Below, in pieces: positions 51,215 through 62,385 of a stretch of DNA of 64,000 nucleotides. The stretch is taken from contig NW_019028988.1 of assembly GCF_002105155.1 (NCBI RefSeq), forward strand, positions 248,001-312,000, given 5' to 3'. A model generated the notes under the pieces. The model saw only the letters and a list, made by a program, of their open reading frames with translations. It ran no database searches and had not been told where the DNA came from. A program made the position numbers and the translations under genes. Position 1 is the stretch's first letter. Every line of letters starts with the position of its first letter. This DNA comes from Lobosporangium transversale (taxonomy: Eukaryota).

Positions 51215-54200
51215 ACATACACACACAGTTGCTGCACGCTTTACTTGTGCTATTTTGGTCTCCATTTGCCTTGCTGTTGTGGTCATTGTTGTTTTCAACC
51301 GCCCATTTTACCGCCATTATCACTTACATTTTTTTATTCGCCACGGTTGATGTGAAAAATGTAAAGAGCTATAATAATAGTCATCCTAATAATGAATTAG
51401 TAATGGCAATAGGAATCATTAGCCCTATCAATTTTCATACATTAGCGCACGACTTTTATCTCGCCCTGTCTTACACTCTCTTTTCCTATCCGCACATATT
51501 AACTCTCTCATAAAAATAAGTTGGACGAATAGTATCAAAGATCCGAAGCAATTATCATGAGATACCCATGAACAAAGATACCAACTATTCGTCATTCTAC
51601 GGTGCAAACAGTTCAAAAACAATAGAATTAGGCACGCAGAAGAAACAGCTTAAATAATAATAACAATAAATATATGTTTATATATATACCATTAATTAGA
51701 ATTTATAATGGCCTTAATAGTTCTTGAACCAAAAGGGATTGCATGTGTGCGTTCAAGGTCTCAAGGAAGACAATTTGGTAGCATATACATTACCTTCCTT
51801 ACACTCACTTTCTCTGACTAGTTACCGGTTTTTTGCTTAATCGAGCAAAAAAAAAAAAAAAAAAAAAAATCATGAGCATTGCTGCTATTAGAGTATCAGA
51901 ACAAACACAAACAGAGGGGTATTTCTTTTTTTTTTTTTTTTTTTTTTTTTTTTCCATCTTTGATGTATTTCCTTCAGATATGGCATTCAAGGTTTCTCAT
52001 CCGCTCCTTTTCCTAAATAAAAAATTGAAGGCTGTGTTTTTTATGAGGTCGAGAGCATCCATGCGATCATGCAAAGTAAAAAACAAAGAGGAGCCCTCGC
52101 ACGTACTCAAACACATCTTTTTTTTTTTTTTTTTTTTTTTACCAATGGAAAGCATAGGTATATTGGCTTAATTCAACCTTGGTCTCAAGGGCCTCATGGA
52201 TCCTATAGTCCCATGCTCAACTCCTAACGCACTGACTGGTATGAAGTATAATAATAATAGTAACAGTATTGTATTTTTTTTTTTTTTTTTTTTTTTTACT
52301 TATTTTCTTTCTGTGCAATGTGAAATGATTGTCATTTGCCGTTTTGATACACAAAATGCAACCATGTTGATTTAGTGTCTCAAAATATCATTTTCCTTGC
52401 CTCATTTTAATGTACTGAATAGAATAAAGAGATACATAGTTCATGCTAAAAGTCTACGCCCCTCATTCTCCCTGATGTCGATCTCATATGCAGCAACGCC
52501 TTGATCTTTCTTTACTATGCGATATGTGGCAATGCTTACTATTTTCATCTTCTGCACCTTTGTTTGTCACCATTTTCCGAACAAACAGACTTTTTTTTTT
52601 TTTTTTTTTATTTTTTTTCTCGTATTGTATAAGGTATTTTTTGCTGTGCCTGTCGGCCAAATGTTATATCAACGCTTAGTGTGTATAATGTAATGGTTCA
52701 ATTTAATATATTTGTGTGCAATTGATGATCATGCATACGCTTTCTCTCCTTTGTTTCTTTTTGCTAAGATCTATGCCGTTATTTCGACAAATAGGATTGA
52801 TTAGACTCTATTTGGGTATCCCTCGTCTATCCATTCCTTTTTGACTCTTCTTTTTACTTCATCTCAATATGCAAAGTGGTATTTTATATACATGTATATG
52901 TACATGTAAAAGAAGAAAAAGGAAAAAAAAGAGACAGGTCATTGATTAGTATTTATAAATATTAAAGTTGTGTAACCTGGGCTGTAGCATTGCTCCTTTT
53001 TTCTTTTTTACTCTCTCCTTTACTTTATATACTTCATCTATTCATTTCTCCCACCCTTTGAAGCTTAGGTACATGGATATATACATGCACAACCTTTTTG
53101 TTGTTACACACAGGTCACAGGATACCCAGCTTTCTGCTTTTCCATATTGTAACCAGCGAGCTGGGAAACATAGTTTTAGCAGTGCCGTGATGTTGGTTTC
53201 TTAAGATAAATCTATTTTATTTGGATTGGTCAGTACAGTGCATCATTTCGCAGATTTTTTTTTTTTAAAATATTCTATTCTCTTTTAATGTTTTCAACAT
53301 TCCACATTAGGGAAAAAAAAAAAAAAAAAAAAATAAAAAAAAAGAGAGCTACGCGTTCATTAATATATCTACGAAGAGAGGTAATGATGGGAGAGGATAC
53401 CTTGAAAAAGATAGATTAGTCCTTTTTTTTTTTTTTTTTTTTTTTTTTCTTTACCAAAGTGTAAGGCAGATAAACACTAACTTGGGTATAAAGGAAGTAG
53501 GAAGGTTCAAGGTGAAGAGATCCAGGAAAAAGAGATTGGTTGTTCGCAACTAGTAGCAAAAACAAACACGTATCCACATAAGGCACGACAGTAAGAATAG
53601 ACAAACCATGGGGCCAAACAAAGGATGCTGACACATAAAAGAGGAAAAGAAATAAGTAAGCAATAAATATAATCTACAGGTACATTGCAATATAAACGTA
53701 ATGGGATTTTTTTTTTTTTCAACGATGTCAGATCACCGAATATTGTAGTACGTTCACAGCTCAGCGCCGATGCTCTGCTAAAGATACAAAAAAAAAAAAA
53801 AAAAAGAAAAGAAAAGTCTTGGCATTCCTCATCCGGTGGTGGCCGTCATGGTGCATAACCGAATAAAACAAAAGACAGGGAGACAATAAGAAATATTAAA
53901 ATATTAAAATATAATAAAATAAAATACATCTGAATAGCTCTGTCATTCCTCCACAGAATCCCCGCGGACAGATTGGTGGCAAAATTGTTTACACTAAAAA
54001 AAAACTGAGACTAGACTAAGAGGGCGAGGGGTAAGGAGGGAAAAAATTCGCCCTCACGTCACCATCCCACTCTCTTCCTGGTTACAATCTGTTTGTTCAA
54101 ACTTTAACTTCTAAATCGCCACGTGTGTTATGCATGGGCTTTGTTAAATGGATGTATAACAAAGCCACCAACCCTCTGTCCGACAATGCGTCTGGAAGTT

Positions 54201-54729
54201 ATAAAAATAATGTACAGTATATAATAATATATACAATAACAATAAAAAAACAAAAAGCCAAGACCAAAGAATGAAAATCAAGTAGGACAAATAAAAACAT
54301 AAATTGGAGTGTACAACAGAAAAGCATTAGTGGATCGCGCGATCTACAATCGTCATGGTATGTTGAAAAATGAAAGTTGGGCTGTAGTGAGAGCCCACTT
54401 GTTTGTCTGCAAGCATGGACGCTCTTACACGCTGTTTATTTTTATTGGCATTGTTGTTGCTTTTCTTTTTTGTTTTTGTTTATTTTGATGGAAAGGGGAA
54501 AGCGGGAAAGAATTTTTGTTTATGCACAAGGACAGTGGCCACATCCCTCCTCCTCCTCTCATGATATATATACAAACGTGCAGTTGCTCTTGCCATTTTT
54601 ATGCCTGGTAAGAAATACAAACGTTGATCTTTTGAATCAATTTCTTTTCCATCATTTCGGACCCGTAAGGAGCTTGTCTATTTTTTTTTTCGGAGCTTTT
54701 TTTAAAAAAGTGAACGGACTCCAGATGCA

Positions 54730-54763
<34 letters not shown>

Positions 54764-56231
54764 GAGGAGAGAGAGAGAAGAAGATTGTGGCCATAGTCCA
54801 AATGTCCATATCACTTTGGTTTGGATTGAATTAAACTATTATTCTCTGAATCCAAAGTTCAATGATTCTCTATCTCCAAGATTGAATAGCAGATTAAAAA
54901 GAAGAGTCATTACTTCAAAAACGATAATATATAATAATAAATAACAACAAGAGATAATAAAGGCATAACCTCGTCTATCTTGATTTTGGTTGTACAAGGC
55001 GAAGTTTCTCTCTAAAAAAACCCCCATTGTTGTTGTATGCTATGTGCTATATGCTATTTATGTTCATGTTGCCATAGTTCCAGGGTACAAGGTTAATTGC
55101 CGGAGATGCTGGAAAGTGGGCTGTAGGGCTGCACGGCCTTTACTCTGTCTTCCTTTAACGTTGTGGAATGACCCAAATGTAGAAGAGGCTGTGGTGCATA
55201 ATGAAATTTTCGTTTCCATCTGAAACTTTCTTCAACATTCTTCGTTTATGAGGGCGAGGGGGATTTAAAAAGGAATATGGCGATATTGGTACTTGGATAG
55301 TTGGTCAAACATTCCTTATTGAAAAGAAAAAAAAGGCTGGGTTGGCCAGGACAAACTTGCTAATCAAACATTATCAGGCTTTAAAATGGCACAGAATGTT
55401 AGTTTGTGTGTACAAGAGTGTGCACACGTGTGTAAAGGGTGGGCAAACGCGTCCTTCCCTCTCCTGTCGGATCGTTTCCTTTTGGCTTTGCTTTCTAAGA
55501 ATACAGAATGAACGGTCCAGGCCAACGAATGGATATATATTTTCCTGAACATAAATATGGTAACGTAATACACCCGCGTCCACAGGCCTGTATAACGCGT
55601 CAAATGTGCATGTACAAATATATCCATATTGGAAAAGCCCACTGGTACAAGCTATGAATAGCCATAGTTAAAAATATCACAAATATCAAAAGAAGTCCTT
55701 CTGCCCTTCCGCCTTTACCTTCGCCCTAGCCTCTGATACTATGAATCATAATCAACTCACTTATTGACAAGCGCACAGAAGCTGGAAGTTAAACCAGATT
55801 TGGAACGAACTGATTTCTTTTTGGTTAAGCTTTGATTAATTGTCAAGTAAAAGCCTTAAACTTAAATCGCGTCCATCGGCAAAATGGTGGCGCTTATAGT
55901 CACGTGATTTGTTAAGGGTCCCTTTATTCTTGCATGTCTTGTTTACTTTTCGAGGCAATGGCTTGAAAAAAAAAAAAAAAAAAAAAAAAAGCAAATAAGC
56001 TACTTTTCTTCACTCCACTCATCCAACCATCGTTTATCCCTGAGAAACTGTATTCAGCTTTTTGACAATAAAAAGTTTTGGCGCAGTCAGCTAAGGGCAG
56101 AGGATTTACAGGAAAGAACGAAAACTACACAAATTACATTCGAAAAAAAAAAAATAAAAAAAAAATAAAAAAAATCGGCTCTATCTTTTTACCACATAAA
56201 CTAATAGCACCAACCCCAAGTACAAGGAAAC

Positions 56232-56595
56232 ATGTCCGCTGCATCGAAGAATAACGTTGAAGAGGCTCAGCGCAAGGGCGACTTTACCATCAAGCCAGAG
56301 TCTGCCACTCCTTCACTCAACACAGCTGACTGGCCATTGTTGTTGAAGGTTAGTGTTTATCTCAATGAAAACCAGTTCTCTTTTTTCCAATACTGCAAGT
56401 CAATATTTCGCTGTTTGAAGGTTTCTTTCTGACAAATGGTTTTCTATTACTTGCTTGTCTTTGGCTTTTTTCTTATTTAGAACTACGATAAACTCAATGT
56501 CCGCACTGGTCATTACACTCCTATCCCTAGCGGATGCTCCCCCTTGAGACGAGAGCTTACTGAGTACATCAGGTAACAATCGATCTACTGAAGGG

Positions 56596-56629
<34 letters not shown>

Positions 56630-58122
56630 ATCTTTTGGGCTAGGTCAGAAGCTAAAAGGCATTGGTCTCTAGGGAAAAGAAGACTTTTAATTGACATTTA
56701 TTTTTTTTGCTTCTAACTAAAAAAAAAGGTATGGTGTCATTAACTTGGATAAGCCTGCCAACCCTTCCTCGCACGAAGTTGTCGCTTGGGTCCGTCGTAT
56801 TCTTCGTGTTGAAAAAACTGGCCACAGTGGCACACTTGATCCCAAGGTCACTGGATGCTTGATTGTTTGCATTGATCGTGCAACTCGTCTGGTCAAGTCT
56901 CAGCAAGGTGCTGGTAAGGAGTACGTCTGTGTTCTTCGTCTTCACGATGCTATCGAGTCCGAGAAGAAGCTTGCTCAGGTAAAGAAACGAAATAGGCGTG
57001 AAAAATACATTGTTATTCTATTAGTTGTTTTCGGTTTTCTCCTAAGATTGCTCTCTAACTTTTTTTTTTTTTTTTTCCTTCTTCTTGATTTATTCATTTT
57101 TGGGCCCTTAGACCCTCGAGACGCTGACGGGTGCTTTGTTTCAGCGTCCTCCTCTTATCTCAGCTGTCAAGCGACAACTTCGTATCCGTACGATTCACCA
57201 ATCCAAGCTCATCGAATTTGATAACGATCGTCATCTGGCTGTTTTCTGGGTTGCTTGTGAGGCTGGAACATATATGCGTACGATGTGTGTGCACATGGGC
57301 TTATTGTTGGGCGTGGGAGGACATATGCAGGAACTTCGCCGTGTTCGTTCAGGACATATGGGAGAGGAAGACGACATTGTGACGATGCATGATGTTTTGG
57401 ATGCTCAGTGGATGTATGATAACACCAAGGATGAATCGTACCTTCGTAGGGTGGTTCGTCCTTTGGAGACACTGCTGACAACATATAAGCGTGTGGTGGT
57501 TAAGGACAGCGCAGTCAATGCCATTTGCTATGGAGCCAAGCTGATGATTCCTGGCTTGCTTCGTTACGAGTCCGGTATTGAGGTTAACGAGGAGGTGGTG
57601 CTGATGACTACTAAGGGCGAGGCCATTGCATTGGGTATTGCTCAGATGACTACGGCAGTCATGGCGACTTGCGACCATGGAGTGGTGGCCAAGATCAAGC
57701 GTGTGATCATGGAGCGTGATACCTATCCTCGTCGCTGGGGATTGGGGCCCAAGGCTCAGGAAAAGAAGAAGCTGATTAAGGATGGCAAGCTGGACAAGTA
57801 CGGACGCACGACCGATGCTACACCAGAGAACTGGAAGAAGGGGTATGTTGACTTCAACCGTGAGGACGCTGCTGCTCCCAATGCCGCTGCAATTGCTTCC
57901 GCTGTCTCTAATATTACTGCTTCTGCCAAAGCAGAAGATGACGAGGAAAAGAAGCGCAAGGCTTCTTCCAGTGACTCTGAATCCGAGAAGAAGAAGGAGA
58001 AGAAGAAAGCCAAGACTGAGGAAAAGAAGGAGAAGAAGGAGAAGAAAGACAAGAAAGACAAGAAGGAAAAGAAGGAGAAGAAGGAAAAGAAGAGTAAGAA
58101 GGAGGATTCTGATTCTGATTAA
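56232..58122 (+). CDS. CBF5: H/ACA snoRNP pseudouridine synthase Cbf5/dyskerin (4 exons)
   Basis: [47 protein letters not shown] domain, KKE-repeat tail. Confidence 0.98.
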
Positions 58123-58259
58123 GCATATTTTATCATTAACAATATATTATGTTTTACTATTTTTATTTTATTTTTATGGTTATCGTTCACATCATTTTCG
58201 CATTACAATAAACACTCGGGAGGTATTACAAATATTCTATAAATTTTATTATGGTACAC

Positions 58260-60114
58260 CTATGATACGACATCATAAACAAACGCTACCAGTCGATACC
58301 GGATGAAGAATGCGACAAGACTGCATATCGTTTGGACAATCATAACAGAGATGGTTAGGTTTCTTTCCGACATTGGTCCTGTCTTAAGTAGTATTAGGTT
58401 TAAAATGGTCAAGTTGGTCATCTCGAGGGGTAGCTGTCCTGTCCTGGCATCGTACTCTACTTGAGTCAAGCCAAGGATCTCGAGGATTTTGATACTGTAC
58501 CATCCTGGCAAACTCAATTTACAATTTGAGGGACGGATCAAAAATGATTTAGTTGCAAATGACAGTGAGGGAGAAGGAGGCTCCGTTGTGGTGATGGTGG
58601 TTGAATCCCTATTATCCAGGTTTGCTGGTGAGGAAGATAGAGAAAATGATGGTGATTTGATAAGCGATCGATGCTGATATTGATGTTGAATGCGCCATGT
58701 TACGTCCGCATCAAGATTTTCCTGATCCAGGACCACACGACTAGGCTCCATAAGATTAGTTCCTCTATTGTAACGAGGAACGCGGTGCCGAGGGCAGGGC
58801 ACCAGTCGGAACAATTGCGGTGCCGATAAGATAAAGTTGAATATTTGGGGAATAAAGAACAAAAGAAGTGTTTTGCTATAGTGCGCAAGAATCCCTACGA
58901 CTGCGAAGGTCATTCCTGCAAAGTAACAATATGTGTCCCCGATAAAGACGCTGGAAGGGTACCAGTTGTGAGTAAGTAAACCGATGCTGACGCCAATAAA
59001 AGGCAAGATAAAATAGAGTGAGAAGCGATGAGTCTCAATTGCAGGGGCTCCGCTGGTATTGGCGTTGAGGAAGAGCGAATCGTTGACGGCAATGGAGCAG
59101 GCAATCACAAGCGATTGAACAACTTCGACGCCATTGATGCCTGCCATAATATTGATAGAATGGGTGCAAAATATAGCCACCATAGCCATGTATACGTAAT
59201 ATAATGCACCTATAGGAAGTAAAATGGTGTATATCCTACAGGATGAGTATACTTCTGTAAAGAATATTCCATAAAATTGATCCATGAGACTGATCTACGC
59301 CTTTGATTCATAAATTGATTGTAAAGTAGATGAAGTATTTACCAAGATCAATCAATTGACCAAAGATGAAGCGCAAAGGAATTGGTACGACAATATGAGT
59401 AACACCCATGTTCACCCAGTAGACCATAAGCAATGGAATGGACGCAATGGCTGGCAAAGGCATTTTGAATCGCCAACGGATGTCCAATACATCATCTGCA
59501 AAGCCTAAGAATACCATGGATTGAATTGAGAGAAGTGCAGATAGTAGCTCTGCCAGCTAAATTTACCCGAAAAGAAAAGTATGCAATGCAAGTTAGCTAA
59601 CAATGGATTTCTCATCATGACATTTTGAAATTTAAAAAGCAAATCATACGCCACCTTCAAATTAGGGAAGGTCAGTAGCGTATTAAGTTCTTGCGAATCC
59701 CCATCGCGCGTAGCCGTAAACCATCTCATAAATGGGAATGGGATAAATACAAACATAGTAACCAAGTAGATCAAGCCTGCAACCATGCCCATACTCTCGG
59801 GTCTATGCAATTTTACAGGAGGATTATGATGAATGCAAATAATAAAGTCATTTTATTATAAAATAATACACTTTCCTTCTTAAAACCACTTACAGAATAT
59901 TCTTGCTCTTCTTGCTCAGATCCATGCCCTTCAATCCAGCCTTGATAAAAATTTCGGATAATGCCGGAATGGCATACCATGTTATAATTCCAGCAAGGAC
60001 CGAAAAACAGATATTGACAATGACAGGATCGTCAGCGGTCGTAATAATAAGAAAGGCTGCCCCAGCTGCAGAGGTTAGAATAAGCCATGCGGTCACTGCA
60101 GAAATTTGGCCCAT
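58260..60114 (-). CDS. ALG7: UDP-GlcNAc:dolichol-phosphate GlcNAc-1-phosphate transferase (4 exons)
   Basis: [67 protein letters not shown]. Confidence 0.96.
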
Positions 60115-60436
60115 ATTGCTGGTTTTTTAGAATGAAAGGTCAGACGTGAATGAGCAAGCCAGTGGACGATTAGCGGACGATGAGTTCTACTTTGATGTCC
60201 TGATGTCACTACAAGCTATTGCTACTGCCACTGTTGCACTGTTGCTGCTATTACTGTTTAGTTCCGTCCACTGTCGACGATGGAATGAGAGCGATGAAGA
60301 AGAAAAAATTAGAAAAAAGATATTTGCACGGGCCCGTACAAATAACTTCATCCAATTAAAAATTTATTAAAAGGGCGAATCACCCGCCAGCACGTGTCAT
60401 TGACATTTATCAGAATAAAAATTAGTGGCAAAAGTA

Positions 60437-60508
60437 TGATCTACGCAGGGGTCGAACCTGCAATCTCCTGATTCGTAGTCAGACGCCTTTCCATTGGGCC
60501 AGTAGACC
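60437..60508 (-). tRNA. tRNA-Arg (ACG), intronless, copy 2
   Basis: Identical to 3465-3536; T-run terminators follow on the minus strand. Confidence 0.97.
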
Positions 60509-60786
60509 GTGCAACCGGCTCGTGTCGTAAATCTGCTATTTACGTATCCTCTTCTTCATTATTTCCATCATCATTCAGTACAGTACCTTAATCATTATTT
60601 CCTTTATCAATCCCTCTTTTCACTTTTGATGCTATTTTGCAGCATTCTCCAGGACTATCATTGTTGATTTATGATCCTTTAGTGATCTATTTGTCAGATT
60701 ATCCTCCTTTGGCACTTTGTCCATTTATGAATTTATCTTTTGGCATTTCGTCCAACTTTTTATTATCATTTTGTTCATTTTCTGTC

Positions 60787-61036
60787 CAACAGGCCAAGTA
60801 GGGAGTAGAGCCGTGCCACAGGTCCTCTGGGACCAAGGAAGTCTACTCAATGCTGACGTGGTTTATGAACAGGATGTAGTACTGTGGCAGTATGACGATG
60901 CGGCTTCGGTCGATTATTGGATACCGCTTTATTTGCGACCCCAGTAATGGGGCAACCCATTTATAGAGCTAACATCTAAATAAATCCTACATGACCTCGT
61001 GGGTCCTTGTTATCAAAAAAAAAAAAAAAAAAAAAA
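60787..61036 (+). mobile_element. Short poly(A)-tailed retroposed element (family A) with 19-bp TSD
   Basis: Flanked by attttgttcattttctgtc at 60768-60786 and 61037-61055; ends AATAAA...GACC-loop-GGTC-CTTGTTATC-(A)n. Confidence 0.92.
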
Positions 61037-61078
61037 ATTTTGTTCATTTTCTGTCAATCTTTGGGATCATTGACAGAT

Positions 61079-61754
61079 AAGCCCAATGGCTGAGTAGTAT
61101 ACTCGTCAGGGCACCCCCCTGTCTAGCCCAGGGGCCGGGTTCGAGTCCTGGTTAAGGCACATAAAGTGAAGCAAACATGTGCCAGGTCAGGGATTTGCTT
61201 GAGTTTTTATACTTTCTCTCCGAGACAGCCTAGTGTTCTCCGCTAAGGCTAAGATCGTGGGTGCACTACCCTAAGTCGCCTGGCTGGCCACATGTCTTAG
61301 GTTTATATTCCACCCCCCAGCCGAACCAGCGGTACATCTGGCAGCACATCCCCCCCATCCACCCACTTGACTAGGACAGCGATGATCACAAAGTTTGACG
61401 GAGTCCAAAGTAGAAATTTCAGACCAATCCCGCAAGATTTGGGTCCACATGCCAGTGGATTTGATCGAATAGAAAAAAATTAAAAGTCGTCCTTAGCTAG
61501 AGTCGGCACGCCAGCCTCCGCGGCTTTTCACGGGCGCAACAGGCCACATCGGAAGGATGGACTTCGAGTACCGATCACGGTGTACATTGGTAGAGAAAAA
61601 CATGGATACGAATTGGCTCTTCACAGCCATCCCGTGCGAACTTTGAGAGTTTCGCTTGTTTCATAGTTGAGGGCGATATCATTACTTTAGAGCGAGATTA
61701 TGAAATAAAATTCCTCACCTCTGTGGGTTCTTGTTAACAGGAAAAAAAAAAAAA
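61079..61754 (+). mobile_element. Full-length tRNA-derived SINE (family B) with 19-bp TSD
   Basis: Flanked by tttgggatcattgacagat at 61060-61078 and 61755-61773; head has an A-box-like TGGCTGAGTAG, B box GGTTCGAGTCC in an intact T-arm and an imperfect acceptor stem; A-rich tail. Confidence 0.9.
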
Positions 61755-61879
61755 TTTGGGATCATTGACAGATCTTTCCACGTCACTCGCTAACCATCTC
61801 AGCAAGTGATAAAAGCAAAACTCAAGGACCTGCACGTGCCCTATTAGACGCCCCAGCCACCCGAATCCCTCTATTCGAA

Positions 61880-61943
61880 CTGAAATTTTGTCAATTGATA
61901 TTTATTTTTTTAATCTGAAACATCATAATTGACAAAATTTCAG
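61880..61943. repeat. Perfect 17-bp inverted repeat with 30-bp spacer
   Basis: ctgaaattttgtcaatt (61880-61896) / aattgacaaaatttcag (61927-61943). Confidence 0.9.
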
Positions 61944-62238
61944 GAGCACTGGTTTACGCGCTGACGCCTAGAGAGATTAGGTGGAATGAAGTTTTTGATG
62001 ACTATGGATAGCGGATAATTTGTCGTGTTGCGCAACAGGCCACGTCGGGAAGGTGGACTTTGAGTACCAACCATGGCGGTCAGGGTTTATGAAATCATGG
62101 ATATAGCGGCTCTTGCCGTTTGTGCAGTAATAGCTGTTTATTGACTATAGTTTCTGGAGCATTTTGTTCATAGAGTGTAGAAAATAAATCCCATGACCCT
62201 GAGGGTCCTTGTTATCAAAAAAAAAGAAAAAAAAAAAA
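61944..62238 (+). mobile_element. 5'-truncated SINE relative (family C) with poly(A) tail; 5' boundary approximate
   Basis: 62030-62076 aligns with SINE B 61534-61580; tail aaataaatcccatgaccctgagggtccttgttatc(A)n is nearly identical to the family A tail. Confidence 0.8.
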
Positions 62239-62248
62239 GCCCAGATTT

Positions 62249-62293
62249 TACTCAATACTGACGTGGTTTATGAACAGGATGCTGTACTATGGC
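62249..62293 (+). mobile_element. Internal fragment of family A
   Basis: 41/45 identity to tactcaatgctgacgtggtttatgaacaggatgtagtactgtggc of the family A copies. Confidence 0.8.
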
Positions 62294-62385
62294 CTTTCTT
62301 GTTCTTAGTGGGGTCGAAATGAATGCAAAAAAGACGCAGGTGCTAGCATTAAACAGCAAGCTCAACGACAACAATAATCTTCATT

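Noticed and set aside
56349..56480. Intronic C/D snoRNA in CBF5 intron 1 (CTGA near 56429)
   Set aside because: No proper C box (RTGATGA), no terminal stem, and only a short possible rRNA complement.
57782..58306. Alternative-frame Arg-rich ORF and antisense ORFs over CBF5, PEX3, BET4 and other genes
   Set aside because: These are shadow frames of real, compositionally biased coding sequence.
61081..61159. Functional tRNA (Sec, Leu-TAG or suppressor) suggested by the GCCC start and CTGTCTAGC
   Set aside because: The acceptor stem is mispaired, the anticodon loop lacks U33 and purine 37, there is no TCA anticodon, and the unit lies inside a TSD-flanked poly(A)-tailed element, so it is better explained as a SINE head.
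61236..61258. U2 snRNA-like GGCTAAGATC
   Set aside because: Only a 10-nt match; the branch-pairing GTGTAGTA and the Sm site are missing.
61510..61545. HDV-like ribozyme suggested by CCAGCCTCCGCGGC...GGGC
   Set aside because: L3 is too short, no convincing P1 partner or J4/2 CGAA plus P2 strand was found, and element C does not preserve it.
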